From: Kiritimatiellia bacterium
Lineage (GTDB): Bacteria > Verrucomicrobiota > Kiritimatiellia > CAIVKH01
Reading direction: 5' to 3'
Length of the DNA stretch: 64,000 bases
NCBI GenBank assembly: GCA_039807095.1
Contig: JBDHQM010000003.1
Location: forward strand, 24,620 to 88,619
In this document: positions 45,350 through 53,416 of the stretch, one piece after another
Layout: every line of letters begins with the position of its first letter
How positions within the stretch are numbered: position 1 is the stretch's first letter
Position numbers and translations under genes: made by a program
Notes under the pieces: generated by a model
Told to the model about the DNA's origin: nothing
The model's database searches: none
What the model saw: only the letters and a program-made list of their open reading frames with translations

Positions 45350-45805
45350 CCTGCCGGGCAAGCCGGCAGGGGCCGGTGATTGGAGGGTTGTGATGTAGCT
45401 TGTGACCTTGTTCACCCACGGGACAAGCCCGTGGGGGTCGTGTGGTGTCCGGTTGGCTGTGGCGACTAGCTCTCCGGGCAAGCCGGCAGGGGCCGGTGAT
45501 TGGAGGGTTGTGATGTAGCCTGTGACCTTGTTCACCCACGGGACAAGCCCGTGGGGGTCGTGTGGCGTCGGTGCGGGCTGTGGCGACTAGCTCTCTTCGC
45601 AAGCCGGCAGGGGCCGGAGGTTGGAAGGTTGTGAAGTAGCTTGTGACCTTGTTCACCCACGGGACAAGCCCGTGGGGGTAGTGTGGCGTCGGTGCGGGCT
45701 GTGGCGACTAGCTCTCCTCGCAAGCCGGCAGGGGCCGGTGATTGTAGAGTCGTGATGTAGCTTGTGGCCTTGTTCATCTGCGGAGTAAGCCCGTGGCGTG
45801 AGGGG
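45350..45805. repeat. Tandem array, about 3.7 copies of a 120-121-bp unit carrying two hairpins
   Basis: The unit landmark gcaagccggcagg recurs at 45358, 45478, 45599 and 45720. Each unit has GCCGGC-aggg-GCCGGt and CCACGGG-acaag-CCCGTGG (first at 45416-45434). The last unit is degenerate. Confidence 0.9.
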
Positions 45806-45892
45806 TGGACTGTTTATGGTGTAGTGCTGGCGCACGGAAGATTGCGATTTCGGGGGAAGCGTGGATACTGACGGGCGGTTTTTGAACGGAGA

Positions 45893-46672
45893 GTGGTGAT
45901 GCGCGAAAGGCCGGTAACATTTCAGGTGAGTGGGCAGCAGGTAGTGGGGATGGTGCATATTCCGGAGGGGGTGGGGCCGTTTCCGGTGGTGATTTTTTTG
46001 CACGGATTTACGGGGAGCAAGGTGGAGGCGCACCGGTTGTTTGTGGGGCAGGCGCGGGATTTGGCGAGGGCGGGTATTGCGTCGCTGCGGTTTGATTTTC
46101 GCGGGAATGGGGACAGCGAGGGGGAATTTCGCGAGATGACGATGGCGCGGAATGCGGAGGATGCGGCGGCGGCGCTGCAGTTTGTGTTGCAGCGCGATGA
46201 TTTTGATCCGGCGCGAATTGGCGTGCTCGGAATGAGTATGGGCGGGATGGTGGCGGCGTTTGCGCTGGCGGATCACCCGGAGTTCAAGGCGGGTGTGCTG
46301 TGGAATGCGGTGGCGAAGCCGCGCGCGCGGCGCGATGCGCGGTTGTCGCCGGAGGCGATGGCTGAATTGGGGAACCCGACTGTGCTGGATAACGGCGGGT
46401 GGGGCGTGGGCGTGCAGTTTTTTCAGGAGCTGGGCGATCTCGATCCGTTGGCGGCGATTTGCAAGACGAAGGCATCGGTCCTCGTGGTCGGCGCGACGGC
46501 GGATGAGGCGGTTCCGTTCGTTGAGGCGGAAGCGTTCCGCGCGACGCTGACAGAGGCGGGCGTTGAGAATGCGCTGTACGCTGTGCAGGGCGCGGGTCAC
46601 ACGTTCGCCTCGCTGGCGTGGAAGGCGGAGGTGTTCCGCGAGACGACGGCGTGGTTCAAAAAGTGGCTGTGA
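45893..46672 (+). CDS. Alpha/beta hydrolase
   Basis: VVIFLHGFTGSK, nucleophile elbow GMSMGG, late GAGHTF His motif. Start could be ATG 45899. Confidence 0.8.
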   Translation: MVMRERPVTFQVSGQQVVGMVHIPEGVGPFPVVIFLHGFTGSKVEAHRLFVGQARDLARAGIASLRFDFRGNGDSEGEFREMTMARNAEDAAAALQFVLQRDDFDPARIGVLGMSMGGMVAAFALADHPEFKAGVLWNAVAKPRARRDARLSPEAMAELGNPTVLDNGGWGVGVQFFQELGDLDPLAAICKTKASVLVVGATADEAVPFVEAEAFRATLTEAGVENALYAVQGAGHTFASLAWKAEVFRETTAWFKKWL

Positions 46673-46737
46673 GCGGGGCACAATTTGCTTCGTCTGCCAT
46701 CGTCCGCTGTTTCTTTCTCTGCATCGCGTTGCTATAC

Positions 46738-46784
46738 TTCCAACGTTTGGAAGTTTATTGAAAATGCACTTCCAAGGATTGGAA
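46738..46784. repeat. Two phased TTCCAA-N3-TTGGAA palindromes
   Basis: ACTTCCAAcgtTTGGAAGT at 46738-46752 and ACTTCCAAggaTTGGAAaa at 46770-46784 (32-nt spacing), 75 nt upstream of the ABC ATPase start. Confidence 0.85.
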
Positions 46785-46858
46785 AATTTTTGAACGCGGC
46801 GTGCGATGCGCGGTCTATCAACGCATTCGGCGCGTGAGGAGGGCGCCCGGAGCGACGT

Positions 46859-47587
46859 ATGATTAAAGTAAGCAACTTGGTGAAGAACTTCGGCCGTCGC
46901 GAGGCGGTGCGCGATGTGTCGTTTGAGGTGAAGCCGGGCGAGGTGCTCGGTTTCCTCGGGCCTAACGGCGCGGGGAAGACCACGACGATGCGCATGGTGA
47001 CGGGGTATCTGGCGCCCACGTCGGGGCGGGCGTGGATTCAGGGGTTCGATGTGACGGAGAAGCCGGTTGAGGCGCGACGCCATCTCGGATATCTGCCGGA
47101 AAATGCGCCGTCGTATGGCGATATGACGGTGGAGGAGTTTCTCGCGTTTGCTGCGGCGATGCGGGGCTATCGCGGGAAAGAGGCGCGCCAGCGGGTCCAT
47201 GATACGCTGGAGAAGTGCATTCTCACGACAGTGAGGAATCAGCCGATTGAGACGTTGTCGAAGGGGTATCGCCAGCGCACGTGTTTTGCGCAGGCGATTT
47301 TGCACGATCCGCCGGTTTTGATTCTGGATGAGCCGACGGAGGGGCTGGACCCGAATCAGAAATTTGTTGTGCGGAATATGATTCGCGAGATGGCGAAGAA
47401 CAAAGTGATTGTGTTCTCCACGCACATTCTCGAGGAGGTCGAGGCGATTTGCACGAGGGCGATCATTATCAGTGCGGGGCAGATTGTGGCAGACAGCACG
47501 CCTGCTGAGTTGCGAAAGCAGGGTTCGCTGGATCAGGTGTTCCGCTGGCTGACGACGTCAGCGGATGTCGGAGGTAGCGCGCGATGA
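46859..47587 (+). CDS. ABC transporter ATP-binding protein (ABC-2/GldA-like)
   Basis: GPNGAGKTT Walker A, LSKGYRQR signature variant, LILDEPTEGLD Walker B. GAGGAGGG RBS. Confidence 0.9.
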   Translation: MIKVSNLVKNFGRREAVRDVSFEVKPGEVLGFLGPNGAGKTTTMRMVTGYLAPTSGRAWIQGFDVTEKPVEARRHLGYLPENAPSYGDMTVEEFLAFAAAMRGYRGKEARQRVHDTLEKCILTTVRNQPIETLSKGYRQRTCFAQAILHDPPVLILDEPTEGLDPNQKFVVRNMIREMAKNKVIVFSTHILEEVEAICTRAIIISAGQIVADSTPAELRKQGSLDQVFRWLTTSADVGGSAR

Positions 47588-48321
47588 GCAGTCCGGTTTG
47601 CACCATTCTGAAGCGCGAGTGGCGGTCGTATTTCAATTCGCCCGTCGCGTATGTGTTCATTGTGATTTTTCTCGCGCTGGCGGGGTTTTTCACCTTCAAC
47701 GTGAGCCGGTTCTATGAGGCGGGGCAGGCAACTCTGGATCGCTTCTTCTTTTGGCATCCGTGGATTTATCTGATCCTGGTGCCGGCGGTGGCGATGCGGT
47801 TGTGGGCGGAGGAGCGGCGGACGGGTACGCTGGAGTTGCTGTTGACGTTTCCAGTGACGACGGCGCAGGCGATTGCGGGCAAGTTCCTTGCCGCGTGGCT
47901 GTTCGTTTTGATGGCGCTCGCGCTGACGTTTCCGGTTGTGGCGACGGCGTTCTATCTCGGATCGCCCGATCCGGGACCGATTGTGACGGGCTATATCGGA
48001 AGCGCATTGCTGGCGGGGGCGTATCTCGCGGTGGGGTCGCTCACCTCCGCACTGACGAGGAACCAGGTGATCAGCTTCATCCTCGCGGCGGTGATCGGGC
48101 TGTTTCTGCTGCTCGCGGGGTTTCCGCCGGTGACGGATGTGCTCTATCAAATTGCGCCAGCGTGGGCGGTTGAGATCGTGGCAGGTTTCAGCTTTAGCGC
48201 GCATTTCGAGCAGATGCAGCGCGGTGTGCTGGATGTGCGCGATGTTCTTTATTTTGCCAGCGCGATTGCGTTCATGCTGCTGGCGACGCATGTGACACTG
48301 GATAACCGCAGGACGAAGTGA
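47584..48321 (+). CDS. ABC-2 type transporter permease (GldF-like)
   Basis: Six hydrophobic helices. 4-nt overlap with the ATPase gene. Confidence 0.85.
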   Translation: MSSPVCTILKREWRSYFNSPVAYVFIVIFLALAGFFTFNVSRFYEAGQATLDRFFFWHPWIYLILVPAVAMRLWAEERRTGTLELLLTFPVTTAQAIAGKFLAAWLFVLMALALTFPVVATAFYLGSPDPGPIVTGYIGSALLAGAYLAVGSLTSALTRNQVISFILAAVIGLFLLLAGFPPVTDVLYQIAPAWAVEIVAGFSFSAHFEQMQRGVLDVRDVLYFASAIAFMLLATHVTLDNRRTK

Positions 48322-48328
48322 GCGGACC

Positions 48329-50221
48329 ATGAAAAAATCTGGAATTAATATGGTGACGGGTGCGGTGGGTTTGGTGGTGACCCTCGCGGTGCTGGTGCTG
48401 CTCAACGTGGCGGCGGGTTCTCTGCGCATGCGCGCGGATTTGACGGCGGGCAAGTTGTACACCCTCGCGCCGGGCACGGAGCAGTTGTTGAAACATCTCG
48501 AGCGGGATGTGACGCTGAAGTTCTACTACAGCCGCAGTGCGGACGCGGTGCCGATGACGTTCAAGCAATACGGGAGCCGGATTCTCGATTTGCTGCGCGA
48601 GTACGAAAAATTGAGCGGCGGCCATCTCACCCTCGAGGTGATTGATCCGCAGCCGGACAGCGACGAAGAGGAATGGGCGCGTCGTTATGGTCTCTCTGCG
48701 TCTCGCATTGGGCAAGGCGACAGCGCACCCCAGGTGTTTCTCGGATTAGTGGCGTTGTCCGGCGCGCGCCAGTCGGCAATTCCGTTCTTCTCGCCCGCGG
48801 ATGAGCCGCAGATTGAGTTTTTGATTACGCGCGCGGTCAACGAGGTGACGGTGACGAAGAAGCCGAAGATTGCGGTGATTTCTCCGCTGCCGATGTTTGG
48901 CGGGATGGAGGGGTTTGTTCCGCGCGGCCCGAATTTTGAAGGCTGGATCATCATTAATGAACTGCGCTCGGTTGCGGAAATTGTGAATTTGACGGGCGCG
49001 GTGGAAAAGATTCCGGACGATGTGGATACGTTGCTGCTGGTGTATCCGCGCAACCTTCCCGAAGCGACGCTGTATGCGGTGGATCAATTTGTGCTGCGCG
49101 GCGGCCGCCTTTTTGCGATGGAGGATCCGCAGTGCCTCGCGGATCTCGACGCGCAGAGTTCGCAGTTTCGCGATCCAAAGTCGGCGCAGGCAGATATGAA
49201 TCGTCTCACATCGGGGTGGGGCATCACCATGTCCACCGACCGCGTCATTTCCGATCCGAGCGCCGCGACGCGCGTGGCATCGCGCGGCGGCGAGGTGGAG
49301 TTGCACAACTCGTGGCTGACACTGCGCCCCGGGAACTTCAACCGAGACGATGTTGCGGTTGCCGCGATGACGATGATGCAGTTTCCCATGGCCGGCTGGT
49401 TTGAGGTGACGCCGGTTGACGGAGTCACCGTCACGCCGCTGATCACTGCCGGTCCTGAAGCGGGGAGCGTTTCGATTCTGGAGGCGACTGCGGGAACATT
49501 CGCCGGGCAGACGACGTTTGAGCGGGTGACCAATGCCATGCCGATTGCGATTCGCGTAAGTGGCCGCTTCAAGACGGCATTTCCGGGCGGTCGCCCGAGC
49601 AATGTGCCGGATGCGGTGAAGACTGCGCCCGATCCGGAACCGGACGCTTCACACCTTGCCGAAAGCACCCGCGATGGCGCCGTGGTGTTGGTCGCCGATG
49701 CGGATTTTCTTTATGACGCGTTCGCAGCGCGGCGCCTTCCGATGTTTGGCCCGGGTGTCTATCAATTGATGAATGACAACATCAATTTTGCCGCCAACAT
49801 CGCGGGTCAGCTTGCCGGTGGCGATGCGCTGATTGCGCTGCGCGGGCGGGGCTCCTTCGAGCGGCCCTTCACGCGTGTGCTTGCGCTGCAGACAGAGGCG
49901 CAGGAAAAGTGGCGTCAGGAAGAGCTGAAGTTGCAGGAACAGCTCGCCGTGACGCAGAGCAAACTCGACCGGTTGCAGTCAGGCAAGACGGAAGACCAGC
50001 AACTCATCATTACGCCGGAGCAGCGGCAGGAGATTGAAAAGTTTCGCGCACAGCAGCTCGAAACGCGCCGCGCCCTCAAAGAAGTGCGCAAGAACCTCAA
50101 TCGCGAAATTGAATCGCTCGGGCTATGGGTCAAGGCGATCAACATTGGCGCTATGCCCGCACTCGTGATTGTGTTTGGCCTGATCCACGGATTGCGCCGC
50201 CGCCAGCGTGCGCGCGGTTGA
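48329..50221 (+). CDS. GldG-like ABC-transporter auxiliary protein
   Basis: 630 aa. N-terminal and C-terminal TM anchors bracket a large periplasmic region, with a C-terminal coiled coil. Position after the ABC-2 pair is typical of the family. Confidence 0.75.
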   Translation: MKKSGINMVTGAVGLVVTLAVLVLLNVAAGSLRMRADLTAGKLYTLAPGTEQLLKHLERDVTLKFYYSRSADAVPMTFKQYGSRILDLLREYEKLSGGHLTLEVIDPQPDSDEEEWARRYGLSASRIGQGDSAPQVFLGLVALSGARQSAIPFFSPADEPQIEFLITRAVNEVTVTKKPKIAVISPLPMFGGMEGFVPRGPNFEGWIIINELRSVAEIVNLTGAVEKIPDDVDTLLLVYPRNLPEATLYAVDQFVLRGGRLFAMEDPQCLADLDAQSSQFRDPKSAQADMNRLTSGWGITMSTDRVISDPSAATRVASRGGEVELHNSWLTLRPGNFNRDDVAVAAMTMMQFPMAGWFEVTPVDGVTVTPLITAGPEAGSVSILEATAGTFAGQTTFERVTNAMPIAIRVSGRFKTAFPGGRPSNVPDAVKTAPDPEPDASHLAESTRDGAVVLVADADFLYDAFAARRLPMFGPGVYQLMNDNINFAANIAGQLAGGDALIALRGRGSFERPFTRVLALQTEAQEKWRQEELKLQEQLAVTQSKLDRLQSGKTEDQQLIITPEQRQEIEKFRAQQLETRRALKEVRKNLNREIESLGLWVKAINIGAMPALVIVFGLIHGLRRRQRARG

Positions 50222-50248
50222 TTTCCGGATGAAGGAATTGGAGACGAC

Positions 50249-51373
50249 TTGATGAAAACGCGAACCCTCATCACTTTGCTCATTGCTCTGATTGCGCTTG
50301 CGATGGCGATTTCTAAGCTCAACCAGCGCGCGCAGAACGTTGACGCGCCTGCTCTGGGGCAGCGTGTACTTGCGGAGAAAGATATCAACGCCGTCGAGCG
50401 GATCGAATTGACGAGCGGCACGCAACAGGTGGCGTTGGTGCGCACTGACGGTGAGTGGGTGGTGGAATCGCTTTGGAACTATCCGGCCCGCTTTGAGCAA
50501 ATCGCCGGGTTGTTGCGCCAACTCGATCAGTTGCGAATTGGAGAGGTGATTCGCGGTGGCACGGATATTCCGGATGAATTCGGGCTGGCTGAAAGCGAAA
50601 CCAGTTTTCCGGTACGCGTCCGGCTGTTCGGTGCGGGGCATGTGCAGACCGACGATCTGCTCATCGGCCAGCCGCGCGTTTCTTCGGCGATGCCTGTTGG
50701 TTTTTCACTCCCCGACAGTCGCTACTATCGTTCCGGCAACGGTCCGGTGATTCTCGCCGAACCATTCATGGAAGATGTTCGCCGCCGCCCGACAGATTGG
50801 ATGGTTGCCGAGCTTCCCGGCTTTGGTCCGCAAGAAATTCTTTCAATGACCGCTACGCCGACGAACGGTGCGCCCTATTCATTGCGCCGCAGTCCGGAGG
50901 GCGATTACAGCGGAGAGGGAGCGCTCGCGAAAAAGGCAATCAACGTTGCCAGCGCAGAGATCTGGTTTCGAGCACTGCAGAATCTTTCCTCGCGCTCGAT
51001 TGTGGATCCTGACACAGCGCCGGAAACGCTTGAGCGAGGTTCGAGCGGGAGCGCTGTGGCGTACCTGACCAATGGGATTACGGTGCGAGTGGAGCTGGGC
51101 GCGCGTACAACTGAGAATCTTGGAAATTACGCGTGGCTCACATTTGAGTATTCAGAGCCGCCTGCATTGGACGGCGCAGATGCCGCCGCTATTGAGGCCG
51201 ATCGCGCAGCGCGGGACAGCGCGCGCGAGCAGGCAGAAAAATTGCAGGCGCAGTACGGACATTGGACCTACATCCTAGACTATAGTCAGGTTGCAAAATT
51301 GATCTTTCTTCCTGACCAGTTGATTATCGCCAACGCGACTCCACCCCCGTTGCCGCCCGACGACGCGAAGTAA
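50249..51373 (+). CDS. DUF4340-like anchored periplasmic protein
   Basis: N-terminal anchor TLITLLIALIALAMAI. Such proteins characteristically follow GldG-like genes. Assignment rests on context and architecture. Confidence 0.55.
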   Translation: MMKTRTLITLLIALIALAMAISKLNQRAQNVDAPALGQRVLAEKDINAVERIELTSGTQQVALVRTDGEWVVESLWNYPARFEQIAGLLRQLDQLRIGEVIRGGTDIPDEFGLAESETSFPVRVRLFGAGHVQTDDLLIGQPRVSSAMPVGFSLPDSRYYRSGNGPVILAEPFMEDVRRRPTDWMVAELPGFGPQEILSMTATPTNGAPYSLRRSPEGDYSGEGALAKKAINVASAEIWFRALQNLSSRSIVDPDTAPETLERGSSGSAVAYLTNGITVRVELGARTTENLGNYAWLTFEYSEPPALDGADAAAIEADRAARDSAREQAEKLQAQYGHWTYILDYSQVAKLIFLPDQLIIANATPPPLPPDDAK

Positions 51374-51476
51374 TTCTTGCGCTGCAACTACCTGCACAAT
51401 AGCGAGTTGCATATATTGCTAAAAACAGCTGGAAGTTTCGCTAGCCGCGTTGTCTAGTCGTTTCATTGGATTACCT

Positions 51477-52019
51477 GTGAAAACGACAACAAAAAACAAG
51501 AAACGGCCGCGGATAACGATTCGGGAAATGGCGCTCAAGGATTTGAGCGATGTGTATGAACTGGGGGCTCAACTTTTCACTGCGGAAAAGTGGCCGACGC
51601 TGTATCGGGCGTGGGACGAGCACGAGATTCTCAATTTGTTCAACTCTGAGAGCGAGTATTGCCTCGTGGCGGAATGTGACGAGGCGATTGTGGGGTTTGC
51701 GTTGGGCACGATGATGCGCAAGCCGCGAAATTCGTGGTCCTACGGCTGGCTGCTCTGGCTGGGCGTCTCGCCGCGTTTCAAGCGTCGCGGATTGGGTGGG
51801 CGCTTGATCAACAAACTCACGGACACCTTTATTGATGACGGCGCGCGCATGATGCTGGTGGATACCGATGCGCAGAACAAATCGGCGTTGGGGTTGTTCC
51901 GCAAGATGGGGTTCGCCGACGAGATGAATCACGTATATCTCTCGAAGAATCTGCATGCGCACCCGCGCTACATCGAGCGCACGCTCGATGAAGAGGAGTG
52001 GGACGACGAGATCGGTTGA
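51477..52019 (+). CDS. GNAT-family N-acetyltransferase
   Basis: ITIREMALKDLSDVYEL, VGFALG, acetyl-CoA motif RFKRRGLGGRLINKL. Start uncertain (GTG 51477, TTG 51450 or ATG 51528). Confidence 0.8.
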   Translation: MKTTTKNKKRPRITIREMALKDLSDVYELGAQLFTAEKWPTLYRAWDEHEILNLFNSESEYCLVAECDEAIVGFALGTMMRKPRNSWSYGWLLWLGVSPRFKRRGLGGRLINKLTDTFIDDGARMMLVDTDAQNKSALGLFRKMGFADEMNHVYLSKNLHAHPRYIERTLDEEEWDDEIG

Positions 52020-52054
52020 GCCTCTTGGCGTGTTCCCAACGCGACGGGATTGAC

Positions 52055-52090
52055 GCGGCTGCGCTTCGGTGTGCAGCCGCGTTCTTTTTT
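52055..52090 (+). terminator. Rho-independent terminator
   Basis: GCGGCTGC-gcttcggtgt-GCAGCCGC followed by gttctttttt. Confidence 0.75.
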
Positions 52091-52183
52091 GCGGTTATGA
52101 CAGACTGCTGAATCGAATCGGCATTTCGGTTTGATAGAATAGGGGGAAAAACAGCGCGGTGGGGATCGGAATGGGAGGTGGCT

Positions 52184-53416
52184 ATGAAAATTCTTCATAC
52201 AGCAGACTGGCACTTGGGGCGGTCGCTTTATCAGAAACGACGTTATGCGGAATTTGAGCAGTTTCTCGCCTGGCTCGTGGAGACGATCCGCGAGCGCGAG
52301 ATTGATGTCCTGCTGATTGCGGGCGATGTGTTTGATACGGGCACGCCGGGCACGGCGGCGCAGGGGTTGTATTACGAGTTTTTGATTAATGTGCTTCGGA
52401 AATCGTCGTGTCGCCACGTGGTGGTGACGGGCGGGAATCACGATTCGCCCTCGTTTCTCGATGCGCCGAAGAGCATTCTTGCGGCGCTATCTGTCCGCGT
52501 GGTGGGGAGCGCGACAGAGAATCCAGAGGACGAGGTAGTGGTGCTCCGGGATGAGGGGGGCGAGCCGATCCTGATTGTGGCGGCGGTGCCGTATTTGCGC
52601 GATCGCGATGTGCGGAAATCGGAGGCGGGCGAGAGCGCGGCTGACAAGGGCCGGAAGCTGATCGAGGGGATTCAACAGCATTATGCATCGGTCGGCGCAG
52701 TGTCTGAGAAGAAGCGGGCGGAACTGGGCGGCACGATTCCCGTGGTCGGGATGGGACATTTGTTCGCGGCGGGCGGGAAGGCGGGAGAGGGTGTGCGCGA
52801 GTTGTATATCGGCGGGTTGGGGCAGGTGACGGTTGATATTTTTCCCGCGTGTTTCGATTACGTCGCATTGGGGCATCTGCACATTCCGCAGAGTGTCGGC
52901 GGACGTGAAACGGTGCGGTACAGCGGGTCACCGATCCCGATGGGCTTTGGCGAAGCGGGTCAGCAGAAAGTGGTGTACGAGATCGAGTTTGCGGGAGGGG
53001 CGCCGGTTGTGAGGGCGCACGCGATTCCACAGTTTCAGCGACTGGTTTCGGTGAAGGGTGACTGGGATGCGATTGCACAACGGCTCGGCGAGCTGAAGGT
53101 GCGAGGCGAGAGCATTTGGGTCGAGGTGGAGTACGAAGGGGCAGAACTCATTGGCGACCTGCGACAGCGGGTCGAGGCGTGTGTAGAGGGTTCGCAGGTT
53201 GAGGTGTTGCAGATCAAGAATCCACCGACGATGCGCCGCTATCTTGAGCAGAGTACGGATGGGCGAACGCTGGAAGAGATGACGGTGGAGGAGGTTTTTC
53301 AGCGCCGGATCGCGGATATCGAGCAAGGCGAAGCAGAGCGGGATGCGCTGCTGGACACTTTTCGCGAGGCGCTTCACGAGGTCGAGCGGGCTGCGACGGA
53401 AGGGGTGGTGCGCTAA
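52184..53416 (+). CDS. sbcD: Exonuclease SbcCD, nuclease subunit D
   Basis: MKILHTADWHLG, AGDVFD, GNHD, GHLH phosphoesterase motifs. GGGAGG RBS 5 nt before ATG 52184. Confidence 0.9.
   Translation: MKILHTADWHLGRSLYQKRRYAEFEQFLAWLVETIREREIDVLLIAGDVFDTGTPGTAAQGLYYEFLINVLRKSSCRHVVVTGGNHDSPSFLDAPKSILAALSVRVVGSATENPEDEVVVLRDEGGEPILIVAAVPYLRDRDVRKSEAGESAADKGRKLIEGIQQHYASVGAVSEKKRAELGGTIPVVGMGHLFAAGGKAGEGVRELYIGGLGQVTVDIFPACFDYVALGHLHIPQSVGGRETVRYSGSPIPMGFGEAGQQKVVYEIEFAGGAPVVRAHAIPQFQRLVSVKGDWDAIAQRLGELKVRGESIWVEVEYEGAELIGDLRQRVEACVEGSQVEVLQIKNPPTMRRYLEQSTDGRTLEEMTVEEVFQRRIADIEQGEAERDALLDTFREALHEVERAATEGVVR

Noticed and set aside
45327-45656. N-terminal 110 codons of the 355-aa ORF 44589-45656 (repeated peptide PRACPVGEQGHKLHHNPPITGPCRLAR)
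   Set aside because: This part is a translation of the 120-bp tandem hairpin repeats. Similarity to HUH proteins starts only after ATG 45326, so the repeats are treated as non-coding.
45350-45805. 120-bp tandem array considered as a CRISPR array
   Set aside because: Whole units are conserved with no unique spacers, the period is far too long, the units contain two hairpins each, and there are no cas genes in the window.
34569-45900. Classical tRNA-integrated genomic island
   Set aside because: I found no integrase gene and no direct repeat of the tRNA-Pro 3' end at the far boundary by eye. Only the weaker compositional and remnant hypothesis is kept.
45653-47425. 590-aa minus-strand ORF, and similar long antisense ORFs (6297-7085, 8931-10199, 25131-26258, 43676-44533, 53576-55375, 59298-60467, 62090-63160)
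   Set aside because: They lie antisense to genes with strong family signatures and translate to Arg/Pro/His/Ala-rich low-complexity sequence with no motifs. These are typical stop-codon-poor artefacts of high-G+C DNA.
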